Counted from the stretch's first letter, positions 34,540 through 42,946 are shown. The stretch is 64,000 nt of DNA from Acutalibacteraceae bacterium (GCA_045578085.1 JAZNJO010000063.1:275-64274); one strand, 5' to 3'. The notes: generated from the sequence alone by a model not told the origin. Made by a program: numbers and translations.

Positions 34540-34886
34540 GCGCTCACCCCGTCTCTGCGGTGGAGTGCCTCGCTGAAATCGTCCCGGATCACCGGATAGT
34601 ACCCCCGCTCCTTCGCCGGGGTGGACATACCGTATCCGTACCGTTCGATCTCCCAGTCCAGATACCCCAGGTGCGCCATCAGCTGGTCCTTGCGGACCCG
34701 CCAGTTGGTCCCCAGCACCTTTTGCCCCGGCAGGCGTCCCTCCTGCAGAGCCTTGCGCACCGCCTCGTGCTTCAGCCCCAGCACGATGGCCACGCCTCCG
34801 GCATCCAGCAGCACCGGCACCTCCATCCAATCGGTGTGAAAATGTACCTTTCCTAGCCCTTGTTTGGTTCTTCCCATCCTTCCCAT
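34536..34886 (-). CDS. Excisionase/MerR-type HTH DNA-binding protein
   Basis: VLLDAGGVAIVLGLKHEAVRKALQEGRLPGQKVLGTNWRVRKDQL is the excisionase-family HTH pattern. Confidence 0.5.
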   Translation of the reverse strand: MGRMGRTKQGLGKVHFHTDWMEVPVLLDAGGVAIVLGLKHEAVRKALQEGRLPGQKVLGTNWRVRKDQLMAHLGYLDWEIERYGYGMSTPAKERGYYPVIRDDFSEALHRRDGVSA

Positions 34887-34902
34887 CCTTTCTTTTGATT
34901 GA

Positions 34903-35286
34903 TTATCTGCACTTGTAATCCTCTACGACCCAAAGCGATACACCAATAATCGATTGATCTCTTTCCGCAGCCTCTATACGCTCTCTCACCATTTGGACAG
35001 AGGCAATGAACGATTCTTTTGCTGCTATCGTTGCTTTGACTGTGTGGGCTCTCCATTGTAAGGGTGTGTCTTCTGGCAGCTTAGACAACTGCTCGTCATA
35101 AAGGCGAAGTCCATCTGCCATTTCGTACGCGAGTCTTTCGTGCCGAACTGTAATTTTGCTGTTGGGCGTTCTCCTTTTATACGCCGTCACCATCCGATCA
35201 ACTGCCGCTTGGCTATGGCATGTCCGTTTGAGTGGTTTTCTGAGTCCGGAATATTGAATTGTTATTACATATTTATCAATGCACAC
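34903..35286 (-). CDS. Hypothetical early protein (127 aa, AT-rich)
   Basis: ORF only. No motif recognised. Confidence 0.4.
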   Translation of the reverse strand: MCIDKYVITIQYSGLRKPLKRTCHSQAAVDRMVTAYKRRTPNSKITVRHERLAYEMADGLRLYDEQLSKLPEDTPLQWRAHTVKATIAAKESFIASVQMVRERIEAAERDQSIIGVSLWVVEDYKCR

Positions 35287-35322
35287 GTTGCTCTTCCTCT
35301 CGTTGTCACTATTCGTTAGTGC

Positions 35323-35496
35323 TTATCGGATGAAACCCCACGGGTTAAAAACAAACAAAGAAATAGCGTTGCAAAAAAGTAACCACATCAAATAGCCTCG
35401 AGCTGTACTGCTTGGGGCTATTTTTCTTTTCCAAAAAATCCATGCCGCCACACTAAAAGCCAAAATTGAGCAGAACCATATTTCATTTGCGCCCAT
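35323..35496 (-). CDS. 57-aa two-TM membrane peptide (below ORF-track cutoff)
   Basis: Own translation: MGANEIWFCSILAFSVAAWIFWKRKIAPSSTARGYLMWLLFCNAISLFVFNPWGFIR. Strong RBS AAGGAGGTGAGCGA-ATG. Confidence 0.45.
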   Translation of the reverse strand: MGANEIWFCSILAFSVAAWIFWKRKIAPSSTARGYLMWLLFCNAISLFVFNPWGFIR

Positions 35497-35629
35497 TCGC
35501 TCACCTCCTTACTTTGGTTGATTTGCACAAACGGCTTTTTAAGTACCCGCTTGTTTTTACGGTTTTTTGTGTCTTTTCCCCTCTTTTTGGGAACTAAAAA
35601 AACAACCTTGCCAAAATTCGACTTTTTTG

Positions 35630-35658
35630 TTGATTTTATGCTACACTTGTAGTAAAAT
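35630..35658 (+). promoter_or_regulatory. Near-consensus plus-strand promoter in the AT-rich gap
   Basis: TTGATT (35630-35), 17 nt, TAAAAT (35653-58). Confidence 0.5.
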
Positions 35659-35689
35659 AATGACATCCCAAAGAAAGGGGGGTGATTTT

Positions 35690-35782
35690 TTGACCATAAT
35701 GTTTGGACGCTTAACCAACATTCTTCTGGGCAAGATTCTGTCACCCTCCCATAGCCACGGAAGAGATCACCATTCTTTTTGA
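35690..35782 (+). CDS. Candidate 30-aa peptide (TTG start), hydrophobic N-terminus and His-rich C-terminus
   Basis: GGGGGGTGA lies 7 nt before the TTG. (M)TIMFGRLTNILLGKILSPSHSHGRDHHSF. Lies between the promoter at 35630 and the terminator at 35905-35945. Coding status is uncertain. Confidence 0.3.
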   Translation: MTIMFGRLTNILLGKILSPSHSHGRDHHSF

Positions 35783-35904
35783 ATAGTTTTGGGATGCGTG
35801 GAGCGCGCAAACTCAGTCTCATAGGAAAACACTGAGGCAACAGTGGCTTGTGATATCTTCACCATAGATATCAGTCCCAAGAGCCTAGAGCCCCGTGGTT
35901 GCTC

Positions 35905-35945
35905 CAAAAAACACCCGGCTTTGCCTAGCTGGGTTGTTTTTTGGA
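35905..35945. terminator. Bidirectional terminator between the cro-like gene and the plus-strand mini-unit
   Basis: AAAAAACACCCGGCtttgcctaGCTGGGTTGTTTTTT. Confidence 0.55.
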
Positions 35946-35966
35946 TTGCTCGTTTCCTTTTGGAAA

Positions 35967-36170
35967 CTATACGGCAAAAAAAATAAGCATAACCTGATCA
36001 GAAGAAAGACCAAGGCAAGAAGATAGCGCAACAATTTCTTTTTGCGTAAAATCGGTTTTGCCACTTAGTTTTTTATAGAACGTGCCACGATGCACACCAA
36101 TTTCAGCAGCTACTTGTTGCATTTTTTTGCCGGACATAGCAATAGCTGCTCGTAGAGCTCGCTCATTCAT
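35967..36170 (-). CDS. Cro/antirepressor-like HTH protein
   Basis: MNERALRAAIAMSGKKMQQVAAEIGVHRGTFYKKLSG. Divergent from the cI-like gene. RBS AAGGAGGTGA. Confidence 0.6.
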   Translation of the reverse strand: MNERALRAAIAMSGKKMQQVAAEIGVHRGTFYKKLSGKTDFTQKEIVALSSCLGLSSDQVMLIFFAV

Positions 36171-36209
36171 ATTGTCACCTCCTTTTTGTTTCCTATAGTG
36201 CACAAGCCA

Positions 36210-36238
36210 AGAATAGCACTCTTTTTGATGTTTGTCAA
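36210..36238 (-). promoter_or_regulatory. Early lytic promoter of the genetic switch
   Basis: Minus strand: TTGACA (36238-33), 17 nt ending TGc, TATTCT (36215-10). Its -35 overlaps a plus-strand TTGTCA. Confidence 0.5.
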
Positions 36239-36318
36239 GGACTTTTGGAAACTTTTTTATCTTTTTTGTTGCTTTTTATATTCATTTGTGATAGCATAGG
36301 CACAACGGAGGTGTAAAA

Positions 36319-36678
36319 ATGACTATTGGAAAGCTTATTGAAACACGTCGGAAAGCGCTACACTATACTATGGATGAGCTCGCCTTACTTGTCGGCGTTT
36401 CTAAAGGTACAATCAAAAAATGGGAGAGCGGCTACATCTCGAATATGGGGCGGGACAAAATTGCAAAACTGGCAGCAGCACTACACGTTTCCCCTCTGGA
36501 TTTCATTTATGACGATGATAGCGAAAAACAACGCTATTGTGCAGGTCTTGTACTTTCCCCTCACGAGGAGCGCCTGATCCTGGCTTACCGGGCACAGCCG
36601 GCGCTGCAGGCCGCGGTGGATAAGCTGCTGGACGTCGAGGAGGAGGCCGCGTCCCCCTCCCAAGTCGAGACTGCTTAA
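36319..36678 (+). CDS. XRE-family CI-like repressor (no peptidase domain)
   Basis: LIETRRKALHYTMDELALLVGVSKGTIKKWESG HTH. Only 119 aa, with no S24 GxSM motif. Confidence 0.7.
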   Translation: MTIGKLIETRRKALHYTMDELALLVGVSKGTIKKWESGYISNMGRDKIAKLAAALHVSPLDFIYDDDSEKQRYCAGLVLSPHEERLILAYRAQPALQAAVDKLLDVEEEAASPSQVETA

Positions 36679-36729
36679 CCGCGTCGGCAATATACTGTAT
36701 GTGGAATTTAAATAATAGGAGGGGCTGTC

Positions 36730-37356
36730 ATGATTAGTACAACTTTTTTGCCACCGGAATTGATGATTGGAAACCCCAAAACGCCTGCAGAAAGAGCTCG
36801 TCGGCTTGCCGAAGTCCACACGGATCAAGCTACCTGTCCGTTTTTCTCGAAGTTTTATGCGGGCGCAGATGATGAGTATGTCCAAACGCAATTGTGTAAA
36901 GCTGTGGTTTTGGCCGTCATACACGATATGCACGATTTTGAACAAGAGCTTAAAGCAGAAATGATACGAACAGAATCGCAGTATTTAGGAAGCCCCGGCA
37001 AAGAGAGTTATGCCAACCATGCCAATAGAGTTCTTTGCGCATTACAAGATCTTTTCATTGGTCGCCCCGACATTGAAAATCGCGTAGCAGACGCCCTTGA
37101 GGCTCACCACAGCCAAGACGTTTTTGATCAGATGGGAATGTATTATTCGGTTTTTTGGTATGGCATCACTGGCAAAACCGCCAACAGTTCCACTGTATAT
37201 GTGCTGAATTGCTTGCATGATGAAATAATCAATAATATGACAGAGCATTTGCAAGATGAGTTCGCCAGAAACCGCAAAAGAAATAATTGGCTGTTTTTTT
37301 TGATAATACTCGCATTCTGCTTGGTTGCAGTCGTTATTATTCTCTCTTGCAGCTAA
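36730..37356 (+). CDS. Lysogeny-operon protein of unknown function, C-terminally membrane-anchored (208 aa)
   Basis: RBS AGGAGGGG. Soluble about 180-aa domain, then NWLFFLIILAFCLVAVVIILSC. Located between cI and int. AT-rich. Confidence 0.55.
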   Translation: MISTTFLPPELMIGNPKTPAERARRLAEVHTDQATCPFFSKFYAGADDEYVQTQLCKAVVLAVIHDMHDFEQELKAEMIRTESQYLGSPGKESYANHANRVLCALQDLFIGRPDIENRVADALEAHHSQDVFDQMGMYYSVFWYGITGKTANSSTVYVLNCLHDEIINNMTEHLQDEFARNRKRNNWLFFLIILAFCLVAVVIILSCS

Positions 37357-37384
37357 TCTCAATAACCCCTAAGGAGGTGACCCT

Positions 37385-38557
37385 ATGCCCCGCGCCAAAT
37401 ACAAAAAGCGACCCGACGGCCGCTACCAGACCAAGGTCTACGTAGGCCTTGAGGACGGAAAGCCCAAATACAAATACCTCTACGCCTCCACCGTGGCCGA
37501 GCTGGAGCGCAAGGCGGAGGAGATCAAGTATTCCTTACACAAGGGAGGGGACATTCTCTCCGGAGATCTTCCCTTCCGCACCTGGGCCGATCGCTTCCTG
37601 CGCCTTAAGGAAAATAAAGTGGCACCTGTTTACTTTACCGGCATCCGTAGCCGAGTCGATTTTTGGTGTGACGCCGTCGGGAATATCCCGATTTCAAAGA
37701 TTACCCGTTCCGACCTGCAGGTGCGTCTGGATGAACTGGCTTTACACTCTCCGGGCACAGGCAAGCCGGCGGCAAAAAAGACCCTCATCGACTACCGCCG
37801 CACCGCGGCCGGTGTATTCGAGCTGGCCATTACCGATCGGGCGCTCAACTACAATCCGGCGGATAAGTTGGAGATCAACCCCAATGCGGAAAAGAATACC
37901 CGCCGTGCTTTGACGGATGCAGAGCAACGGTGGATTCTGGATACTCCCCACCGGGCACAGACCGCCGCTATGATTATGATGCTGGCGGGGCTGCGCCGTG
38001 GTGAGCTGATCCCCCTGCAGGTGCGGGACGTGGATCTGGAGACCGGCACTCTGCTTGTTTGCAAATCCGTCCGTATGGTCAACGGGCGTCCGGAAGTAAA
38101 ATCCGGTGGCAAGTCGCCCTCCGCTGAGCGAGTAATCACTATGCCCCGACAGTTGACCGACTATCTGCGCCCGCTTCTGGCGGGTCGCTCTCCCTTTGAC
38201 CTGGTGTGCACCGATACCAGAGGGCACATGCTTACTGACACCGCGTGGAAACGGATGTGGGATTCTTATCTTCTGGATCTCAATTTCAAGTATGGATCCT
38301 TTACCAAAAAACCATCCTCCAAGTACGATCCCGGCGGCGTCCCCTTCGTCATTCCTCGGCTGACCCCTCATATGCTGCGCCACACCTGCGCCACCAATAT
38401 GGTGCTGGCAGGTATGGACGTGGTCTCGGTCAAATCGCAGATGGGGCACGCCAATATCCAGACCACGCTAAACATTTACACCCACGTCACTGCTGAGCAC
38501 CAACAATCCCAAGTGGAGAAGCTGGACGCCTTTTTGGCCGCCCGCTCCATCGGATAA
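37385..38557 (+). CDS. int: Tyrosine recombinase (phage integrase)
   Basis: 390 aa. ...GLRRGELIPLQVRD...TPHMLRHTCATNMVLAGMDVVSVKSQMGHANIQTTLNIYTHV (R...HxxR...Y). Confidence 0.9.
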   Translation: MPRAKYKKRPDGRYQTKVYVGLEDGKPKYKYLYASTVAELERKAEEIKYSLHKGGDILSGDLPFRTWADRFLRLKENKVAPVYFTGIRSRVDFWCDAVGNIPISKITRSDLQVRLDELALHSPGTGKPAAKKTLIDYRRTAAGVFELAITDRALNYNPADKLEINPNAEKNTRRALTDAEQRWILDTPHRAQTAAMIMMLAGLRRGELIPLQVRDVDLETGTLLVCKSVRMVNGRPEVKSGGKSPSAERVITMPRQLTDYLRPLLAGRSPFDLVCTDTRGHMLTDTAWKRMWDSYLLDLNFKYGSFTKKPSSKYDPGGVPFVIPRLTPHMLRHTCATNMVLAGMDVVSVKSQMGHANIQTTLNIYTHVTAEHQQSQVEKLDAFLAARSIG

Positions 38558-38665
38558 CAAAAAGAGCCGCCGAGCACCCCGCTCGACGGCTTTTTAAAGA
38601 CTTAACAGTTTGTTTCTCATAAGAATCAAAACCCGGCTTTTTTGATTCTAAAGCGCTTCTTTTTC

Positions 38666-38716
38666 TGACACCCATTTGACACCCATAGAACCTCTGACAC
38701 CCATATTGACACCCAT
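38666..38716 (+). repeat. Four copies of TGACACCCAT (candidate integrase arm-type sites, right arm)
   Basis: 10-mers at 38666, 38677, 38695 and 38707, in the same orientation as the two copies at 3952-3972. Confidence 0.5.
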
Positions 38717-38776
38717 ATTTCTGTGCTTTTCCACCTTTTTTTGTGCGTTTTTGGGAACTGTCAAAGATAACAAAAA

Positions 38777-38818
38777 AGCCGCTAATCCCTTGAAAACACT
38801 GGGATTAGCGGCTTTTTT
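38777..38818. terminator. Bidirectional terminator (int on plus, reconstituted tRNA-Arg on minus)
   Basis: AGCCGCTAATCCCttgaaaacactGGGATTAGCGGCT flanked by A6/T6. Confidence 0.65.
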
Positions 38819-38822
38819 CACT

Positions 38823-38871
38823 TGGCGCGCCCGAAGGGACTCGAACCCCTGACCTCTTGATTCGTAGTCAA
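38823..38871 (-). repeat. attR: 49-bp core within the intact tRNA-Arg
   Basis: Identical to 3853-3901. Confidence 0.9.
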
Positions 38872-38899
38872 GCACTCTATCCAGCTGAGCTACGAGCGC
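38823..38899 (-). tRNA. tRNA-Arg (anticodon ACG), CCA encoded
   Basis: Reverse complement: GCGCTCG-TA-GCTC-AGCTGGATA-GAGT-G-CTTGA-CTACGAA-TCAAG-AGGTC-AGGGG-TTCGAGT-CCCTT-CGGGCGC-G-CCA. All four stems pair. Confidence 0.9.
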
Positions 38900-38926
38900 A
38901 TATGTCGCTCATTGGCAACGCACTAG

Positions 38927-38955
38927 ATTATACTCACTTTTGCTTATCTTGTCAA
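38927..38955 (-). promoter_or_regulatory. Consensus promoter of tRNA-Arg
   Basis: Minus strand: TTGACA (38955-50), 17 nt, TATAAT (38932-27), about 20 nt before the tRNA 5' end. Confidence 0.65.
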
Positions 38956-39076
38956 GGGGAATTGCAAAAAAAGTGAAAAGATTTTTATTTTCTTTGTTCA
39001 CCGCCCCCTCACGACCGCATATCTCCCCTGTTTTCGGGGAACCTACATCCGATACTTACAAAAAGGAGGGCTGACC

Positions 39077-39766
39077 GTGACCGTATCGGTGATACGCACC
39101 GTGATCCTCTATCTCCTGCTGATGGCGGCGATGCGGCTGATGGGCAAACGGCAACTGGGAGAACTGCAACCCTCCGAGCTGGTGGTGACCCTACTGCTGT
39201 CCGATCTGGCGGCGGTGCCTATGCAGGAGAACGGATTGCCCCTGCTCAACGGCGTCCTGCCCATATTGGTGCTGGTGGCGATGGAGATCCTCCTCTCCGG
39301 CGCCATGATGAAATGGCCGCGGCTGACGGGTTGGATCTCCGGCTCCCCCATCCCCGTCATACGGGACGGCAAGCCCGACGCTGCCGCCATGCGCCGCCTG
39401 CGACTCACGGTGGACGACCTGATGGAGACCCTACGACAACAAAACGTCTTCGAACTGTCCCAGGTGCAGACCGCACTGGTGGAAACCAACGGCCACGTCA
39501 CCATCTACTGCTATCCCGACTACCAGCCCGCCACCGCAAAAGACGTGGGCGTGGACGCTCCACCTACGGGAATGCCCCTTCCCATCATCAACGACGGCGC
39601 CCTCTGCCAATGGGGGATGGCGGTATGCGGACTCTCTGAAGAGGCGGTGGATCGTCTGCTCCGTCAGCATCGCTGTCAGCGGCAGGACGTGTTCCTGCTC
39701 ACCGCCACCGCCACGGGTCAGCATTATCTGCTCACGCGCAAGCAGGTAACAGGAGGTGCGCCGTGA
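39077..39766 (+). CDS. DUF421 (YetF-like) membrane protein
   Basis: VIRTVILYLLLMAAMRLMGKRQLGELQPSELVVTLLLSDLAA is the typical DUF421 N-terminus. Confidence 0.7.
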   Translation: MTVSVIRTVILYLLLMAAMRLMGKRQLGELQPSELVVTLLLSDLAAVPMQENGLPLLNGVLPILVLVAMEILLSGAMMKWPRLTGWISGSPIPVIRDGKPDAAAMRRLRLTVDDLMETLRQQNVFELSQVQTALVETNGHVTIYCYPDYQPATAKDVGVDAPPTGMPLPIINDGALCQWGMAVCGLSEEAVDRLLRQHRCQRQDVFLLTATATGQHYLLTRKQVTGGAP

Positions 39767-40143
39767 AGCGCCTATGGATCGCCCTGACCCTCCTCTTACT
39801 GGTGGTGGGGCTGTGTGTGATTTCTCGCACCTATCTCTACCGCCGTATGGGAGACCTGTTGGACGCCTTGGACACCATCGAGACCCATTGGGCCGAGGGA
39901 GACAAAGACACCGCCGTCCGTCTGGCGGAAGCCTTTGTGGAGGAGTATCACCGCGTCCGCGGGGTGCTGGACGGCTATGTGGCTCACAACGATCTGGAAG
40001 AGAGCGAGGAGACCGCCGCCCTGCTCCCCACCCTGTTCAGCCAAGGCGGCGAAGAGGAGCTGCGGATGGAACTGGCCCGCCTGCGAGAACAGCTGACCTA
40101 TCTGCGCACCATCGACGACCCGCTATGGCGAAATATACTGTAA
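39763..40143 (+). CDS. DUF4363-family protein
   Basis: Signal-anchor plus helical domain. It is the usual partner gene downstream of DUF421 in Clostridia. Confidence 0.55.
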   Translation: MKRLWIALTLLLLVVGLCVISRTYLYRRMGDLLDALDTIETHWAEGDKDTAVRLAEAFVEEYHRVRGVLDGYVAHNDLEESEETAALLPTLFSQGGEEELRMELARLREQLTYLRTIDDPLWRNIL

Positions 40144-40207
40144 TGCGCCTCTCCCAAAGGGCAAGAAAAAGTAAAGCCGTTTACACTTTCACAGGTGTAA
40201 ACGGCTT

Positions 40208-41245
40208 TTATTCGTTCTCTTGACCGCAGTGAACGGTGTAGGCGTGGAAAGCATCGTAGACGGATTTCCACTTATTGGAATTGTGCATCGACACAAAAAT
40301 ATAATCGTGCCCATCCTCCCCCACCGCGTAGCTGACCATGGTATTCCCCGCCTGATCGGTGAAGCCCGTCTTGCCCGCAATGATGGTGGCTCCCTCCGGC
40401 TCGGTGCCGTACATACGGCTGAACATGGTGCTGGTGAGCAGCAGTCCCTCGGGATGCTGAGGGGTAGAGGCGGTGGTATACCGATAAGTGGACAGCACCT
40501 GCCGACACAGGTCGTTCCGCATGGCCGCCGCCATCACCACCGCCATATCCAGCGCGGTGGTATAGTGATTCGAGTCGTGGAGGCCGCTGGAATTGACGAA
40601 GTGGGTGTTGCGCAGTCCCAGTTCTTCCGCCTTGCGGTTCATCAGCACCGCAAAGGCTTCCTCCGACCCCGACACGTAATTGGCCAGTCCGATGGTGGCA
40701 TCCGCGCCCGAGGGCAGGATACATCCGTACAGCATATCCATCACGGTGACCCGCTCCCCCGAAGAGAAACCCGCCACCGTGGCGCCCTGCCAATACAGCG
40801 CATCCAAAAACTCATAAGACATCTCGTAGGTGTCGGTGTAATTCTCGATGTGCTCCACCGCCGTCAGCAGGGTGAGCACCTTGGTCACCGAGGCAGGATA
40901 GATCTTCTCGGTGGCACCCCGCTGAGCCACGATGCGGTTGGCGGTCACGTCCACCAGCACCGCATAAGGAGCGTCGATCTCGCTGTCGAAACCCACCGTA
41001 TTCTCGTCCGCCGCAGGATACTCGAAAACCGGCTCCATATCCACCGTCGAATCGGTCACGAGAGGCGAAGAAGTATCGTCAGGGCGGCGGGAGGAGCGGC
41101 ACCCGCGAACCAGCAGTACCACGCCCAGCACCAACACCGCCAACACCGCGCACTCGATGAGCCGCTGACGAATCAGCCGCCGACGACGGCGACGGCGCCG
41201 CAGTTGGGCACGCCGTTCTTCCTTTTCCCAGTCGTACAGTTCCAC
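40208..41245 (-). CDS. D-alanyl-D-alanine carboxypeptidase (S11 family)
   Basis: YPASVTKVLT (SxxK), ILPSGADA, AGKTGFTDQAGN (KTG), N-terminal TM anchor. Confidence 0.8.
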   Translation of the reverse strand: MELYDWEKEERRAQLRRRRRRRRLIRQRLIECAVLAVLVLGVVLLVRGCRSSRRPDDTSSPLVTDSTVDMEPVFEYPAADENTVGFDSEIDAPYAVLVDVTANRIVAQRGATEKIYPASVTKVLTLLTAVEHIENYTDTYEMSYEFLDALYWQGATVAGFSSGERVTVMDMLYGCILPSGADATIGLANYVSGSEEAFAVLMNRKAEELGLRNTHFVNSSGLHDSNHYTTALDMAVVMAAAMRNDLCRQVLSTYRYTTASTPQHPEGLLLTSTMFSRMYGTEPEGATIIAGKTGFTDQAGNTMVSYAVGEDGHDYIFVSMHNSNKWKSVYDAFHAYTVHCGQENE

Positions 41246-41319
41246 GGGATCTCCCCTCCTCTCCTTAGGCGTTAAACGGGAACAAGCCCCCGATGGATTC
41301 GGGGGCTTAAACTCCTCTG

Positions 41320-42861
41320 TTATTTCTTCGTGGTCTGGGCGGTCTGCTCTTTGAGCGCTACCTTGACGGTATGGGAGGATACCCGACCGGTGCGCTGATC
41401 CGAGCGGAGCAGTTTCAGGGTGACCTCGTCCCCCACCTTGTGCCGCGCCAGCTCGGCGCGCAGAGTGCCGTAGTCGGTGACGGTCACGTCGTTGACACCC
41501 ACGATCAGGTCATACACCTGAACGCCGGTACCTTCCAGACAGGATCCCTCCACGATGGAGATGATCATAAAACCCTTATAGTTGCCGGAATCAATGGTCT
41601 GGCCCGTGATGCCCAGCGCCACACGACCCTTCACGTAGCCGTGCTGAATCAAGGAATCGATGACCACCTTGGCCTCGTTGATGGGAATGGAAAAACCTAG
41701 TCCCTCGTAGCCGGTGGCAGCGATCTTGGCGGAGTTGATACCCACCACCAGACCCTGCTTGTTCAGCAGAGGGCCGCCGGAATTGCCGTAGTTGATGGCC
41801 AGATCTACCTGCAAGCACTTGATGGCGTAGCCGGTGTCGTCGTACACATCCCGCGCCTTGGCGGACAGAATGCCTTGGGTAGCGGTCCAGGACAGACCCG
41901 CCGCATTGCCCAATGCCACCACGCGGGTGCCCACCGCCAGCTCGTCACTGTTTCCGAACTGGGCAGGGGTCAGGTCAGCGGCCGCCACCTTAATGACCGC
42001 CAGATCGGTAGCCTCGTCGGTGCCGACGATGGTGGCATTCTCATACACGGTGCCATCGTAGGTGGTCACGTCCACCCGATCGAACGCCTCTCCCGTCTGC
42101 TCATTGACCACGCAGTGGCGATTGGTGATGATATAGCCGTCAGCGGTCATCACGATACCGGTGGAGCCGCCCGCTTCGGTAAGATTGCTCTCACCGAAGT
42201 AGAAATTATTAGTCCGCTGATAGGCGGTGAGCACCACCGTGGAATCGTAGTTACGATTGACGATCTCCTCGGTGCTCAAACCGCCGTCGTCGGTATCCCA
42301 AGTGTCGATCTCCAGCTTGGGAGCGTTCTCATTTGTCGACACGTCGTCGGAAACGGCGGAGTTATTCTCCACAGGGGGCATATCGGGTGTGAAACGGGTC
42401 GCCACCGCATAGGCACCCACCACCACCGTCGCTACGATGGCGAGAGAACCCAACACCGCCAGCACCGCCACCCAACCGCGGCCCTTGCGACGGGGCGGAG
42501 GAGACGGGGGTGTCTGCTGAGGAGTGTTATAATACGGATTCGGCTGAGGCGTCGGCGGCGTGGGCGGGGTATGAGAATACCCATTACCCGCCGGCGACTG
42601 ATACCGGGGCGGCTGCTGATTATAGCCGCTGTAAGGAGGCTGGGTCGGCTGCGCAGGACGGGGCGGCACATAGCGATAGCCGCCGTCGGGACTCCAACCG
42701 TTGTAGGGCGGCTGGGGCGGCTGTGCGGGCTGCTCGGCCGGAGCCTGCGGCTGCTCCGTGACAGGGGCGGCGGCCTGCGGCTCCTCGGCGGGGGCAGGCT
42801 GCTCCGTCGCAGGAGCGGCGGTCTCCTCTTTTTTATTTTCAAAATCCCAGAATTCGGACAT
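41320..42861 (-). CDS. HtrA/DegP-type serine protease with PDZ domain, Pro/Gln-rich N-terminus
   Basis: Trimmed to MSEFWDFENKK.... TNRHCV (His), GNSGGPLLNKQG (Ser), C-terminal PDZ-like segment. Confidence 0.8.
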   Translation of the reverse strand: MSEFWDFENKKEETAAPATEQPAPAEEPQAAAPVTEQPQAPAEQPAQPPQPPYNGWSPDGGYRYVPPRPAQPTQPPYSGYNQQPPRYQSPAGNGYSHTPPTPPTPQPNPYYNTPQQTPPSPPPRRKGRGWVAVLAVLGSLAIVATVVVGAYAVATRFTPDMPPVENNSAVSDDVSTNENAPKLEIDTWDTDDGGLSTEEIVNRNYDSTVVLTAYQRTNNFYFGESNLTEAGGSTGIVMTADGYIITNRHCVVNEQTGEAFDRVDVTTYDGTVYENATIVGTDEATDLAVIKVAAADLTPAQFGNSDELAVGTRVVALGNAAGLSWTATQGILSAKARDVYDDTGYAIKCLQVDLAINYGNSGGPLLNKQGLVVGINSAKIAATGYEGLGFSIPINEAKVVIDSLIQHGYVKGRVALGITGQTIDSGNYKGFMIISIVEGSCLEGTGVQVYDLIVGVNDVTVTDYGTLRAELARHKVGDEVTLKLLRSDQRTGRVSSHTVKVALKEQTAQTTKK

Positions 42862-42946
42862 AACATCCACAACCTTTCTGTTTGCTGTCCCTATTATACC
42901 CCAACGGGGAAAGAACTTGTTGAATAGAAAATGAACATTTTGCCAA

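Larger units (their letters stand above)
3853..38871 (-). mobile_element. Integrated prophage (about 35 kb) in tRNA-Arg(ACG); podovirus-like structural module
   Basis: Bounded by 49-bp direct repeats. A tyrosine integrase sits next to the intact tRNA. Lysogeny, early, packaging, head, giant virion protein, fibre and lysis modules are all present with intact ORFs. Confidence 0.85.

Noticed and set aside
35418-35840. 140-aa minus-strand ORF in the AT-rich gap
   Set aside because: It has no RBS and a Lys/Phe-rich nonsense-like sequence. It runs across promoter, hairpin and terminator elements. Two shorter, better-supported units explain the region.
38648-38875. 75-aa minus-strand ORF
   Set aside because: It overlaps the att core, the tRNA 3' end, a terminator hairpin and the TGACACCCAT repeats.
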